Assembly (NCBI GenBank): GCA_963847445.1
Contig: CAWJZV010000014.1
Span: 160,001-224,000 of the forward strand
Source of the DNA: an uncultured delta proteobacterium
Lineage (GTDB): Bacteria > Desulfobacterota > Binatia > UBA9968
Length of the DNA: 64,000 nt
Direction of reading: 5' to 3'
Shown: in pieces, positions 1 through 9,433 of the stretch
How positions within the stretch are numbered: position 1 is the stretch's first letter
How the letters are laid out: every line of letters starts with the position of its first letter
The notes under the pieces: model-generated
Database searches by the model: none
What the model was told of the DNA's origin: nothing
Seen by the model: only the letters and a program-made list of their open reading frames with translations
Translations under genes and position numbers: made by a program

Positions 1-885
1 CAGAAATGGATCTTGAGCATGGGCGCCAGGGCCGGGCCGATCAATGCCGATTTCTTCGACACCGACGTGCGCGTCGAGCGCATCAAGGAACATCGCGTCG
101 ACATGCAGATCCTATCTTCGCCTCATCCGGGCGTCGACCGTTTCTCCGCCGATGAAAGCGCCGAGATGAGCCGGATCATCAACGACGGCATCGCCAAGGC
201 CGTAAGAAAATATCCCAAGCAGTTCCAGGGCCTCGCCATGTTGCCGCTGATCGACACCAAGTTGGCGCTAAAGGAACTCGACCGCGCCGTCCTCGATCTC
301 GGCTTGAAGGGCATGTGCATGCTCACCAACGTCGCCGGCAAGATGGTCGATTCGGAATTCCTGCTACCGGTCTATGCGCGCGCCCAAGAGCTCGGCGTGC
401 CGATTTTCATTCACCCGACCACGCCGCTGGGGGCGCAGGTCATGCAGGAGTGGCGGTTGGCGATTATTCTCGGTTTTGAGTTCGATATCGTCCTGTCGGC
501 GACGCGGCTCGCTTACGCCGGCGTGCTCGACAAATTTCCCGAACTCAACTTCGTGATCTCCCATCTCGGCGCCGGCATCCCATTTCTCGCCGGCAGAATC
601 GACCGCGGCTACCACGACCCCACTTGCGGCATCAAGACCAAGAAACCGACCTCGGAATACCTGCGCGATCTCTACTGCGACACCGTGTCGTTTTACCAGC
701 CGGCTCTGATGATGGCCTATCAATTTTACGGCGCCGGCCGCATGGTGCTCGGCAGCGATTTTCCGCTGATCATCGGCGATCTGCCCGCCGCCGTGCCGAG
801 CATCGAGCAGATGCCGATCGCGCAACGGGAAAAACAAAAAATCCTCGGCGACAATGTGATGCAACTCTTGAAATTGAAAATCTAA
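1..885 (+). CDS. Amidohydrolase-2 family protein (ACMSD-like decarboxylase/hydratase), 5' truncated by window
   Basis: Motifs PIFIHP, SHLGAGIP, DTV and GSDFP; frame is open back to base 1. Confidence 0.85.
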   Translation, partial: QKWILSMGARAGPINADFFDTDVRVERIKEHRVDMQILSSPHPGVDRFSADESAEMSRIINDGIAKAVRKYPKQFQGLAMLPLIDTKLALKELDRAVLDLGLKGMCMLTNVAGKMVDSEFLLPVYARAQELGVPIFIHPTTPLGAQVMQEWRLAIILGFEFDIVLSATRLAYAGVLDKFPELNFVISHLGAGIPFLAGRIDRGYHDPTCGIKTKKPTSEYLRDLYCDTVSFYQPALMMAYQFYGAGRMVLGSDFPLIIGDLPAAVPSIEQMPIAQREKQKILGDNVMQLLKLKI

Positions 886-957
886 ATTTGCCAACAGCCG
901 GAGCGACCGCTGGTCGCTCTTCTTAACAATTGACGACAAAATCTCAGGAGGTGACCT

Positions 958-1719
958 ATGGCCGACTACATCAGCAAATTATTACCCCGCTTCCGCTACG
1001 GCGTCATCCAACCGCGCGCCAATGAGGAGGTTTCGCGCGCGCGCAGTTACCAGTTGTATAAATTGCTGCCGCTCGACTTCATTGAAATCGCCACCGGCCT
1101 GGGTCTGGAGAACTACACCGAAGAAGGCGTCGAGAAAGCGATCAAAAATTATTGGACCTGCGTCGACCGCCTGGTCAAAGAAAAAGTCGATCATATTATT
1201 TTCAGCGGCGCGCCGATCTCCGCGGTGTTGACCCGCACTAGGGTGCTGGATTTGTTAAAGCAGACCAAAGAGAAGACCGGCATTAGCGCCGATGCGCCGT
1301 TGGAAGCGCTGATCGCGGCGCTCAAGCATCTGGGACTCACGAAAATCGCCGTCGGCAGCCGGTGGGCCGACAAGGTCAACAACGCGATCATTCAGTACTT
1401 GAAAGAAGGCGGCATTCAAGTCCTCGGCATCACCAAACGTAACCAGTGGGCATCGGATTCTTTCGCCATGAGCCTGGAGCAAGGCCTGGAAATGGCGCTC
1501 GAAGTTGGCCGCGAAGCCGCGAAAACCTGGCCCGAGGCGCAAGCCATCTCAATCCCCGGCGGCGCCGCTATGGCGCTACACGTCATCCCCGCCATCGAGG
1601 ATGAATTCGGCAAACCGGCGTTCACCAACATGAGCACGGAGGTGTGGAACGACTTGGTGCGCCCCGGCATCATCCCGCCGGTGCAAGGCTGGGGGAAGTT
1701 ACTGGCCGGTGGGAAATAA
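958..1719 (+). CDS. Maleate isomerase / arylmalonate decarboxylase (Asp/Glu racemase) superfamily protein
   Basis: AGGAGG RBS; family-like segments ALIAALKHLGLTKIAV and IPAIEDEFGKPAFT; catalytic Cys positions appear substituted. Confidence 0.7.
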   Translation: MADYISKLLPRFRYGVIQPRANEEVSRARSYQLYKLLPLDFIEIATGLGLENYTEEGVEKAIKNYWTCVDRLVKEKVDHIIFSGAPISAVLTRTRVLDLLKQTKEKTGISADAPLEALIAALKHLGLTKIAVGSRWADKVNNAIIQYLKEGGIQVLGITKRNQWASDSFAMSLEQGLEMALEVGREAAKTWPEAQAISIPGGAAMALHVIPAIEDEFGKPAFTNMSTEVWNDLVRPGIIPPVQGWGKLLAGGK

Positions 1720-1765
1720 GAAATGTGATCGTGTTCGTCGGCGTGTGATCAGCGATTGTGCGGCA

Positions 1766-2392
1766 ATGTCTCGTAATCACCAAAAATTAATTTACCTTCT
1801 CGTTCTTCTCTGCTGCATAAATGCTGGCTGCAGCAGGCTCAAGCAATGGGCCTACCAAGGCATCGATCGCGATCAATGGCAGCAGCCGGACAAGGTCATC
1901 GCTACATTGCAGATCCCGCCTGGCGCTGAGATCGCCGACCTTGGCGCCGGCGGCGGCTACTTTACTTTCCATCTTGCCAAAGCAGTCGGCCCGAGCGGCA
2001 AAGTCTACGCCGTCGATATTGATCGAGGCACCAACGAATTGATCGCCGAACGGGCCAAGAAAGACGGCGCCGATAACATCGCAACCATCCTCGCGCAATC
2101 AAACGACCCACTGCTGCCGAAATCCGCCGTCGATCTGATCTTCACCAGCAATACCTACCATCACTTCGACAACCGCATTGTCTACTTTTCAAACCTGCGC
2201 AAATATTTAAAACCCGCCGGCCGCATCGCCATCATCGACTTCGACCGGCGCGCCTGGTTGGAAGGGCTGTTGCGCCACTACACGCCGGCAGAGTTCATAA
2301 AACGCGAGATGGAACAGGCCGGCTACACGCTGCAACAAGAACTGACCTTCCTCGACCGCCAGTCGTTCCTGATCTTCGGCGTCAATCGCTAG
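1766..2392 (+). CDS. Class I SAM-dependent methyltransferase with lipoprotein-like N-terminus
   Basis: IADLGAGGGYF motif I, VYAVDID, NTYHH; hydrophobic stretch ending NAGC. Start could be 1709. Confidence 0.85.
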   Translation: MSRNHQKLIYLLVLLCCINAGCSRLKQWAYQGIDRDQWQQPDKVIATLQIPPGAEIADLGAGGGYFTFHLAKAVGPSGKVYAVDIDRGTNELIAERAKKDGADNIATILAQSNDPLLPKSAVDLIFTSNTYHHFDNRIVYFSNLRKYLKPAGRIAIIDFDRRAWLEGLLRHYTPAEFIKREMEQAGYTLQQELTFLDRQSFLIFGVNR

Positions 2393-2419
2393 TGTCCCGC
2401 CCGTTCATCACGACGGACC

Positions 2420-2563
2420 CAGCGCGACGCAGCCGCAACCGAAACTCGGATTATCTCCCGTAAAGACGCCAAGGCCGCAAAGGCCGGAAAATAACGGTAA
2501 GAAATTTCTCCAAGATAATTATTTCTTCCTTCCGATCTTGGCGTCTTTGCGCCTTTGCGAGAG
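2420..2563. repeat. Inverted 9-mer tandem-repeat hairpin (CGC[AC]AAG units)
   Basis: CGTAAAGACGCCAAGGCCGCAAAG (~2459-2482) pairs with CTTGGCGTCTTTGCGCCTTTGCG (~2537-2559); preceded by GCCGCAACC, also found inverted at ~23152. Confidence 0.75.
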
Positions 2564-2765
2564 TCAATTCCCCAGTTCGAGTATGCCGAATCACCGGAAG
2601 GGTGGTATGAGCCGCGCAAACTATCAAGCATAGTAGTACAAAGATAAGAGTGCGGCCTTCAAACCCGCCCCGCCATTTCTGAAATATTTTTAGCCTGTCT
2701 TGCGTTCTTTGCGCACAACATTCCCAATTCGAAACTCTCGCGTTGTGGTTTAAAACTCTATTTCG

Positions 2766-5039
2766 TCAACCCAACGGTCCGCTCGGACTCCCCGGCGGCC
2801 GCGTCAAGGCGTGGGCTTCCGTCAAGGCTTCGAGCAGCATGACCACTTCCTTGGGCTCGCGCAGGTTGAAGCGCGCCGCGGTTTGGGTGATGCCGACGCG
2901 GATGGCGTAGGCGTGCTGCGGCAACACGCCGAACAGCTCTTCATCGTCGTGATCGTCGCCGATGGCAAGAATGAAATCGAACTCGCCGTGGCGCAACCAG
3001 CTGCGTGCCGCCAACGACTTGGCGAGACCCAAGCTGCGCACTTCGACGGTCTTATTGCCCTGGACAACTTTCACGTCGATATTGCCGGTGAAAAGCAGCA
3101 GATCGTCCATCAGCTCGCGCGCCACCACCATGCCTTGTTCCGAGTCGGCGCGGCGATAGTGCCAGACCAGGGAGTATTCTTTTTCTTCGACGAATGCCCC
3201 GGGCAGCCGGTCGGCGTACTGGATCATCATCGGGCTGAGCTTTGGCTTCCAGTCGCAGCTCAAGCTGCGCGCCAAAGTCCATTGTTGTGAACGCTTTTTA
3301 CGCCATGCGCCATGTTCGGCGGCCAGGCCGACCGGCAGGTTGGCAAACCATTCATGTAATGTCGCCCGGTCGCGACCGCTGATCAGAACCAATTCGTTAG
3401 CTGGGTCGGCGGCCAGCGAAGCGAGAATCTTCAACAGCGCCGGCGTCGGGTTGGCGCGCCGCGGATCGTCGACCAGCGGCACCAGGGTGCCGTCGAAATC
3501 GAGCATGATCAGCCGGCGCGGCGCCCGCCGGTAGTGGTTTAGCATCGCAGCCATTTCCTGAGGGCCAAGGAGCTTGGCAAATACCCGCTGGCGGCTGGGC
3601 TGGACCGCGACCAGCTCGCGCAAAATATCTTGCGCCCACTGGGACAGATCGCAGCGCGACAACCGCTCTTGCATGATTTCCATGCGCCGGCCTTGCTCCA
3701 TCGCCGGCATATTCAAGGCCGCGACCAAAGCGCTGGCGATTTCGTCGCGGATATTGGGATTGATGATGATGGCTTCGCCAAGCTCGCGCGCAGAGCCGGC
3801 CATCTCGCTGAGAATCAGCACGCCGTCGTTGTGCAGCCGGCTGGCGATATATTCTTTGGCAATCAGATTCATGCCGTCGCGCAGCGGTGTCACCAGCGCC
3901 ACGTCGCTGATCGAGTACAGCGCCACCAACGAGTCGAAGGACAGACTGCGGTACTGGTAAAGTATCGGCGTCCAGCCGATATCGCCAAACTTGCCGTTAA
4001 TCCTGCCGACCAGCTCTTCGATCTGCTTCTTCATCTGCTCGTAGTCTTCGATGCCGATGCGCGACGGCACCACGACCATCAGCAACGTGACCTGGCCGCG
4101 CCAGTGCGGATTGGCTTCGAGCATCGACTCGAACCCTTGCAGCCGATGAAGAATCCCCTTGGAATAATCCTGGCGGTCGATGGACAGTACCAGTTTAGTG
4201 CCGGGCAGCATGCCGCGCAGTGTTTTCACCTCGTCCGCCACCGCGCCGCTGGCCGCGGCGGCGGCAAATTTATCGAAGGGCACGCCCATGGGAAACGCGC
4301 CGACTTTGACGCTGCGATCGCCGACTAAGAGTTTACCCATGTGGCTTTCATGGCCGAGCACGCGCAGCACACAACGAAGAAAGTATTGGCCATAGTCGAA
4401 GGTATGAAAGCCGATCACGTCGGAGCCCAGCAAACCTTCGAGCAGTTCGCGCCGCCACTGCTCGGGCAACAGCCGGAAAATCTCATAGTGGGGAAACGGG
4501 ATATGCAAAAAGAAACCAATGGACAGCTGCGGTAGCCGGGCGCGAATCAGCTGTGGCAACAGCATCAGGTGATAGTCGTGAATCCAGAGCAGATCGCCGG
4601 GACGGAGAACTTCCAGCGCGGCGTCGGCGAAGGCCTGGTTGACCTTGAGGTAGTGCGCCCAATACTCCGGCTCATGGCGGGCATATTGGGGGAAATAGTG
4701 AAACAGCGGCCAAATCGTCTTATTGCAAAAGCCGGAATAAAAGGACTCGATCTCCGCCTCGGACAAAAACACCGGCGAAGCGTGATAGCGCGAAAGCGCT
4801 TCCGCGCGCACCTGGTCGCGCGACTCCTCGCTGACCGCGGCCCCAGGCCAGCCGATCCAAACATATTCCGTGTTTTCGAGGATGGGAGTATGGGCCGCCG
4901 TCAGCAGCGCATGCAGGCCGGTGGCGACACCGCCGGCGCTGGAATGAAACTCGACGGCGCCGTCAACAGTCGCCACCGTGAAGGGCAAGCGATTGGACAC
5001 CAAGACGATTCTTTGCGCCGGCTGATTTTCCATACTCAT
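2766..5039 (-). CDS. otsAB: Bifunctional trehalose-6-phosphate synthase/phosphatase
   Basis: VSNRLP, WPLFHY, WIHDYHL, FLHIPFP and RDGMNLIAKEY (GT20), then HAD motifs LDFDGTL and IGDD. Confidence 0.95.
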   Translation of the reverse strand: MSMENQPAQRIVLVSNRLPFTVATVDGAVEFHSSAGGVATGLHALLTAAHTPILENTEYVWIGWPGAAVSEESRDQVRAEALSRYHASPVFLSEAEIESFYSGFCNKTIWPLFHYFPQYARHEPEYWAHYLKVNQAFADAALEVLRPGDLLWIHDYHLMLLPQLIRARLPQLSIGFFLHIPFPHYEIFRLLPEQWRRELLEGLLGSDVIGFHTFDYGQYFLRCVLRVLGHESHMGKLLVGDRSVKVGAFPMGVPFDKFAAAAASGAVADEVKTLRGMLPGTKLVLSIDRQDYSKGILHRLQGFESMLEANPHWRGQVTLLMVVVPSRIGIEDYEQMKKQIEELVGRINGKFGDIGWTPILYQYRSLSFDSLVALYSISDVALVTPLRDGMNLIAKEYIASRLHNDGVLILSEMAGSARELGEAIIINPNIRDEIASALVAALNMPAMEQGRRMEIMQERLSRCDLSQWAQDILRELVAVQPSRQRVFAKLLGPQEMAAMLNHYRRAPRRLIMLDFDGTLVPLVDDPRRANPTPALLKILASLAADPANELVLISGRDRATLHEWFANLPVGLAAEHGAWRKKRSQQWTLARSLSCDWKPKLSPMMIQYADRLPGAFVEEKEYSLVWHYRRADSEQGMVVARELMDDLLLFTGNIDVKVVQGNKTVEVRSLGLAKSLAARSWLRHGEFDFILAIGDDHDDEELFGVLPQHAYAIRVGITQTAARFNLREPKEVVMLLEALTEAHALTRPPGSPSGPLG

Positions 5040-5520
5040 GATCGTAGCGCCGACCGGAGCGAGTCACAAGTGCTCGATGTCGTCATTGTGTTGCAGTGAG
5101 AGAAACGCCAGCAAATAATCTTTGATATGGCGCAAGGCGTCGGCAAACTCGGCCAAGTCGCGCGCCTCGCAACCAGTCGCCAAGACGAAAGTTTGTGCCA
5201 ACATGAAGTAAAATTCCCGGCCTTCGGGGGCTTCGACGCTGCGCTAAGCCGATTGGCGTTAGCCGTCGATCAATCGCTGATGGACGGGCGCAACGCTCTA
5301 ACCAAATGAAACTGGACGATGCCGACGCTAGATAGCTGCTCGCCCAACGTCGCTTCGTTCAGCGGGTGCTCCAGTAAGCAAAATCGTTACGCGGTTCGGG
5401 TTAGAGATAATGGTGTTGTTGCAAGAATTTATCGGTATGAAAATAGCTCGATGCATCGGCCACCGGGCGCATCGGCAACGTTGCGGGCTTTCTTACCGAG
5501 TTAGGGGATTTGATTGAATC

Positions 5521-5622
5521 TAATATTCCCCGCAGCTTGCTGCGGGCACAAAATTGCTGGGGTTTCCAAAGGGGGTTGAACATCCCCTTTGGTCGCGAGC
5601 GGGGTTCATACCCCGATCGCGA
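5521..5622. mobile_element. Three-hairpin non-coding element, possibly an IS200/IS605-derived palindromic MITE
   Basis: CCCGCAGC-TT-GCTGCGGG (5529-5546), CCAAAGGGG..CCCCTTTGG (5566-5592) and TCGCGAGCGGGG..CCCCGATCGCGA (5593-5622). Confidence 0.45.
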
Positions 5623-5730
5623 AATGCCCGGTTGAATTTCGTGTTAAAGCGAAACGTCGCGCCGGGTGCCATACAATCACTCCACCATCGCAGGTCCGTC
5701 ACAAGTCACGGGCTCGCTCTTCGACCCGCT

Positions 5731-5777
5731 AAAAAAACGAGCGAAGGCGCAGAGCCACTCAGACTCCGCCCTTCGTC
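5731..5777 (-). terminator. Intrinsic terminator
   Basis: Minus strand: CGAAGGGCGGAG..CTCTGCGCCTTCG stem followed by a T7 run, just after the stop at 5781. Confidence 0.6.
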
Positions 5778-5780
5778 TAT

Positions 5781-6005
5781 TTAGAACCACCACCCGGGGA
5801 CATTTTCTCGGCTACCACCCGCCGCGCTAAACTCGCTGGCACTGGCGGACCTCTCCGCCGCCGGGTTAGGCGCGACGGCCTTCCGCGCTTTGCCTGGCGC
5901 CTGTTCAGCGAGCTTTTTTTCGGCGCAAGCGTGGCTAGCTAGAACAAAGGCGAGCCCAACCACAGCCATAAGCCGCTGGCTAATCTGACTAATGTTCCGA
6001 TTCAT
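5781..6005 (-). CDS. Small secreted hypothetical protein (74 aa, ends VPGWWF)
   Basis: GGAG RBS, signal-peptide-like N-terminus, lies between mlaC and a terminator. Confidence 0.6.
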   Translation of the reverse strand: MNRNISQISQRLMAVVGLAFVLASHACAEKKLAEQAPGKARKAVAPNPAAERSASASEFSAAGGSRENVPGWWF

Positions 6006-6037
6006 GACCCGGCTCCTTACTCGTAATTGTCGGTGAG

Positions 6038-6652
6038 CTATTTGACGCCCACCGCGTCGGGACCACCACGCATGGCGCGCAACAGATCGGCGAATGACCC
6101 CTTGGCTAAGACGCGATTGAACTGCGATCGATAGTTGTTGACCAAACTCACGTCGCCGAAGACCACGTCGTAGACTTTCCACTCGCCGTTGGCGTTGAGC
6201 AGTTTGTAATTGACCGAAAACTCGTCGCGTTTGGCTGTAACGATTTTCGAATCGACTTCGGCAAAGTTCTGCTCCTGGCGCTCGCGCCCAAAGACGATTT
6301 TCTCGCTGTGGAAAGCTTCGATCTGATCGGCGTAGGCTTTCTCAAGTAGAGCGGCAAATAGGCTGGCAAACTCGCGCTGCTCATCCGGGCTGCGGCGCTG
6401 CCAGTTTTGGCCGAGCGAGCGCTTGGCCATTTCGTTAAAATCGAAGCGCGCACCGATCACTTGGCGCAACCGTTCGCGTCGCTCCGCTTGACCGCCCGCG
6501 GCTTTGAGTCGCGGATCTCGGATCACCGCTAGGACCCGGTCGACGGTGTCGCGCATCTGCTCGGTAGCCACGCCAGCCCAAACCCGCGGCTGGATGGCTG
6601 GGCACGCTAACAGCAGCGCGACAAAGCTTAGCGAGATCATTCGATGCTTCAT
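6038..6652 (-). CDS. MlaC/Ttg2D-family periplasmic lipid-binding protein
   Basis: FDFNEMAKRSLG and WKVYDVVFGDVSLVNNYRSQF signatures; signal peptide. Confidence 0.9.
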   Translation of the reverse strand: MKHRMISLSFVALLLACPAIQPRVWAGVATEQMRDTVDRVLAVIRDPRLKAAGGQAERRERLRQVIGARFDFNEMAKRSLGQNWQRRSPDEQREFASLFAALLEKAYADQIEAFHSEKIVFGRERQEQNFAEVDSKIVTAKRDEFSVNYKLLNANGEWKVYDVVFGDVSLVNNYRSQFNRVLAKGSFADLLRAMRGGPDAVGVK

Positions 6653-6678
6653 GCGGCAATTCCCAAGAGTAGACAGAG

Positions 6679-6846
6679 CTATTCGCTGAGCAACGCTAAC
6701 GGTTGCGAATCTTTGAACAGATCGGCCAAGATGCATGCGACCACCGCATAAGTCTGCTTCTCGTCGCGGATTCTGGCGTCCACTTCATCGGTAAGAGCGA
6801 CGATCAAGTCGCCCAAGGTCGTTTGCCACCGTTCCGGTTGCTTCAT
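6679..6846 (-). CDS. Small hypothetical protein (55 aa)
   Basis: AAGGGAAG RBS; amphipathic TTLGDLIVALTDEV; first gene of the apparent operon. Confidence 0.55.
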   Translation of the reverse strand: MKQPERWQTTLGDLIVALTDEVDARIRDEKQTYAVVACILADLFKDSQPLALLSE

Positions 6847-7066
6847 GATCACTTCCCTTTTCAGCGGTTGCGTCGTTGCGTTTCGCACACCCAGGCGCCG
6901 GCGACAAGCCGATCTCATCGCGTCGTAGTCCCTTTACACTAATGCGAACTTAACGAAGCCGCGGGCGGGGGCCGAAGGTCTTCAAAACCATTTGCTTCTA
7001 ACGATCAAGCTAGCGACTCGATCGAACGCTCCGCCTCAGTGGTCTCGCTCTCGCCAGTAGCACTCC

Positions 7067-7082
7067 GCAAGCTCCGTACCAA
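7067..7082 (-). promoter_or_regulatory. sigma54 -24/-12 promoter
   Basis: TTGGTACGGAGCTTGC on the minus strand (GG-N10-GC). Confidence 0.65.
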
Positions 7083-7238
7083 CTGCGCACCGATCGACCT
7101 AACCTACTTAGATTGAAGCACTAGTTCTGAAATAGTCGAGAGATCGTCAAACTGCGGCGTGACGCGCTTGTATGAGATAGCCTACTGACGATCAACAGCG
7201 CGCACTAGCTAACTCAGTGAAATCTGGGAACTAAACCC

Positions 7239-7255
7239 TGTAGGATTATCCTGCG
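7239..7255. promoter_or_regulatory. Possible enhancer-binding-protein site
   Basis: Imperfect palindrome TGTAGGA-TTA-TCCTGCG about 160 bp upstream of the sigma54 promoter. Confidence 0.4.
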
Positions 7256-7381
7256 CGATTTTCCGTGCTGTAGGATCGATATTTTTGAGTTATTTTGTCT
7301 TTGCGTCTCGGGCTAATCGGCACGCGCCAAGCAACCCATCCGATCGATTTTCACTTTACCCAGTCAATTTACGTCAAACGC

Positions 7382-7410
7382 TTGCCGGGCTGAAAGAAAA
7401 TAGGTAATTT
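7382..7410 (+). promoter_or_regulatory. sigma70-type promoter of the helicase gene
   Basis: TTGCCG-N17-TAATTT. Confidence 0.45.
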
Positions 7411-7430
7411 ACCCTGCAACCGGAGTTTCC

Positions 7431-9431
7431 TTGACCACCACTTACATTCTTAAAGATCTAAGCGAACCGATTCGTAACAGCTCAGGGCTCGACTACCGCA
7501 AGGAGTTGAACGAGGCGCAGCATGAGGCGGCGACGGCGATCGACGGGTCGCTGTTGATCATCGCCGGCGCCGGCACGGGCAAGACCCGCACGCTGGTCTA
7601 TCGCGTCGCCCATCTGATCGACCAAGGGATCGATCCGCGGTCGATACTGTTGCTCACCTTTACCCGGCGCTCCGCCGAGGAGATGATTCGCCGCGCCAGT
7701 TTGTTGATCGATGGCCGGTGCAACCAGATCGCCGGCGGGACATTTCACTCCTTCGCCAATCTGGTGCTGCGCGTGCACGGCCGCCATGTCAATCTCGCTT
7801 CGTCGTTCACCATCATGGACCGTCCCGACAGCGAGGATATCATTCAGCTCATCCGCTCCGACATGGGGCTCAATACCAAGGAGAAACGCTTCCCGCGCAA
7901 ACAGACCGTGGCGGAGATCTTGAGCATGACGCTCAACAAGAAAATCCCGTTGAACGAGCTGTTGGAACTCGAGTATCCCCATCTGGTCGAGGTGAATTTC
8001 GAACTTGGCGAAATCCAGCGCCGCTATACGGATTACAAAAGAACCAAGTCCCTGATCGACTACGACGATCTATTGACCAAGCTGCGCGATCTGCTCGCCG
8101 ATCATGCGGAGATCCGCAGCCGCCTGTCCGACACCTATCGTTACATCATGGTCGACGAGTATCAGGATACCAATCATTTGCAGGCGGAGATCGTCCGGCT
8201 GCTGGCCGCGACCCACGACAACGTCGCGGTGGTCGGCGACGACGCCCAGAGCATCTATTCGTTTCGCGGCGCCAACTTTCGCAACATCATGGACTTTCCC
8301 AAGCACTTTCCCGGCGCGCGGATCATCAAGCTGGAAGAGAACTATCGCAGCACCCAGCCGATCTTGAACGTCACCAACGAGATCATCAGCCGCGCCAAGG
8401 AAGGCTACGAGAAGCGGCTGTTCACGCGCAAAAGCGTCGGCACCCGGCCCAAGCTGGTCCAGGCCGACAGCGAGCAGATGCAATCGCAGTTCGTCTGCCA
8501 GAAAGTTTTGGAATTGCGCGAGCAAGGCGTGCCGCTGTGGGACATCGCCGTGCTGTTCCGTTCGAGCTTTCACTCCTTCGACCTGGAAATCGAGCTGGCG
8601 CGCCACAATATTCCATTCGTCAAACGGGGCGGCTTTCAGTTCATGGAAGCGGCCCATGTCAAAGATCTGCTGGCGCATTTACGGGTCATCGCCAATCCGC
8701 AAGACGCGGTGTCATGGAACCGCGTGTTGATGCTGCACGAAGGCATCGGCCCCGGCGCCAGCCAGAAAGTCATCAAATGGCTGCTCGAAGGCGGCAACGC
8801 CGTCGAGCGGCTGCGCAGTTACAACGCCAAGGGCAAGATCGCCCAGGGGCTGCGGACTCTCGCTCAAGTGTTGGAAGAAGCCGTCAAGGCCGAACTGCCA
8901 TCCGAGCAGGCGCAGTATTTGATGCAGTATTATCTGCCGATCTTGAAACAGCACTATCCCGACGATCATCCCAAGCGTCTGCGAGACATGGAACACTTCC
9001 AGGGCATGACCGAGCGCTATCGCAGTCTCGAACGGCTGCTCAGCGACATGGCCCTGGAACCGCCCAACGATAGCATCGGCGGCGTCCTGGCCGTTGATCC
9101 CGACGAAGGGCCGCTGATCCTGTCGACAATTCATTCGGCCAAGGGGTTGGAGTTTCATTCGGTGTTCATCATCTGGGCGCTCGAAGGCCGCTTCCCGTCG
9201 CTTTACAACACCAACTCTCAAGAAGACTTGGAAGAAGAGCGCCGCCTGCTCTATGTCGCCGCCACCCGGGCGAAGCAAAATCTTTTCATCTCATATCCGA
9301 CTCGGGTTTTCGACAAAACCTTGCGCATGGTATTGTCGCAACCTTCGCAGTTTATCGATGGCATGTCATCGCGCATGCTCGAGCCGGTCGCTCTCGTGCC
9401 CGAGGGCTCTTATTGGAATTGGGAGAGTTAA
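7431..9431 (+). CDS. UvrD/PcrA/Rep-family SF1 DNA helicase
   Basis: AGAGTGKT, TFHSF, VDEYQD, VGDDAQSIYSFRGA, LEENYRST, STIHSAKGLEF and EERRLLYVAATRA. Confidence 0.95.
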   Translation: MTTTYILKDLSEPIRNSSGLDYRKELNEAQHEAATAIDGSLLIIAGAGTGKTRTLVYRVAHLIDQGIDPRSILLLTFTRRSAEEMIRRASLLIDGRCNQIAGGTFHSFANLVLRVHGRHVNLASSFTIMDRPDSEDIIQLIRSDMGLNTKEKRFPRKQTVAEILSMTLNKKIPLNELLELEYPHLVEVNFELGEIQRRYTDYKRTKSLIDYDDLLTKLRDLLADHAEIRSRLSDTYRYIMVDEYQDTNHLQAEIVRLLAATHDNVAVVGDDAQSIYSFRGANFRNIMDFPKHFPGARIIKLEENYRSTQPILNVTNEIISRAKEGYEKRLFTRKSVGTRPKLVQADSEQMQSQFVCQKVLELREQGVPLWDIAVLFRSSFHSFDLEIELARHNIPFVKRGGFQFMEAAHVKDLLAHLRVIANPQDAVSWNRVLMLHEGIGPGASQKVIKWLLEGGNAVERLRSYNAKGKIAQGLRTLAQVLEEAVKAELPSEQAQYLMQYYLPILKQHYPDDHPKRLRDMEHFQGMTERYRSLERLLSDMALEPPNDSIGGVLAVDPDEGPLILSTIHSAKGLEFHSVFIIWALEGRFPSLYNTNSQEDLEEERRLLYVAATRAKQNLFISYPTRVFDKTLRMVLSQPSQFIDGMSSRMLEPVALVPEGSYWNWES

Positions 9432-9433
9432 AC

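Noticed and set aside
5185-5201. sigma54 promoter for otsAB (TTGGCACAAACTTTCG)
   Set aside because: The -24 box is good but the -12 GC is absent.
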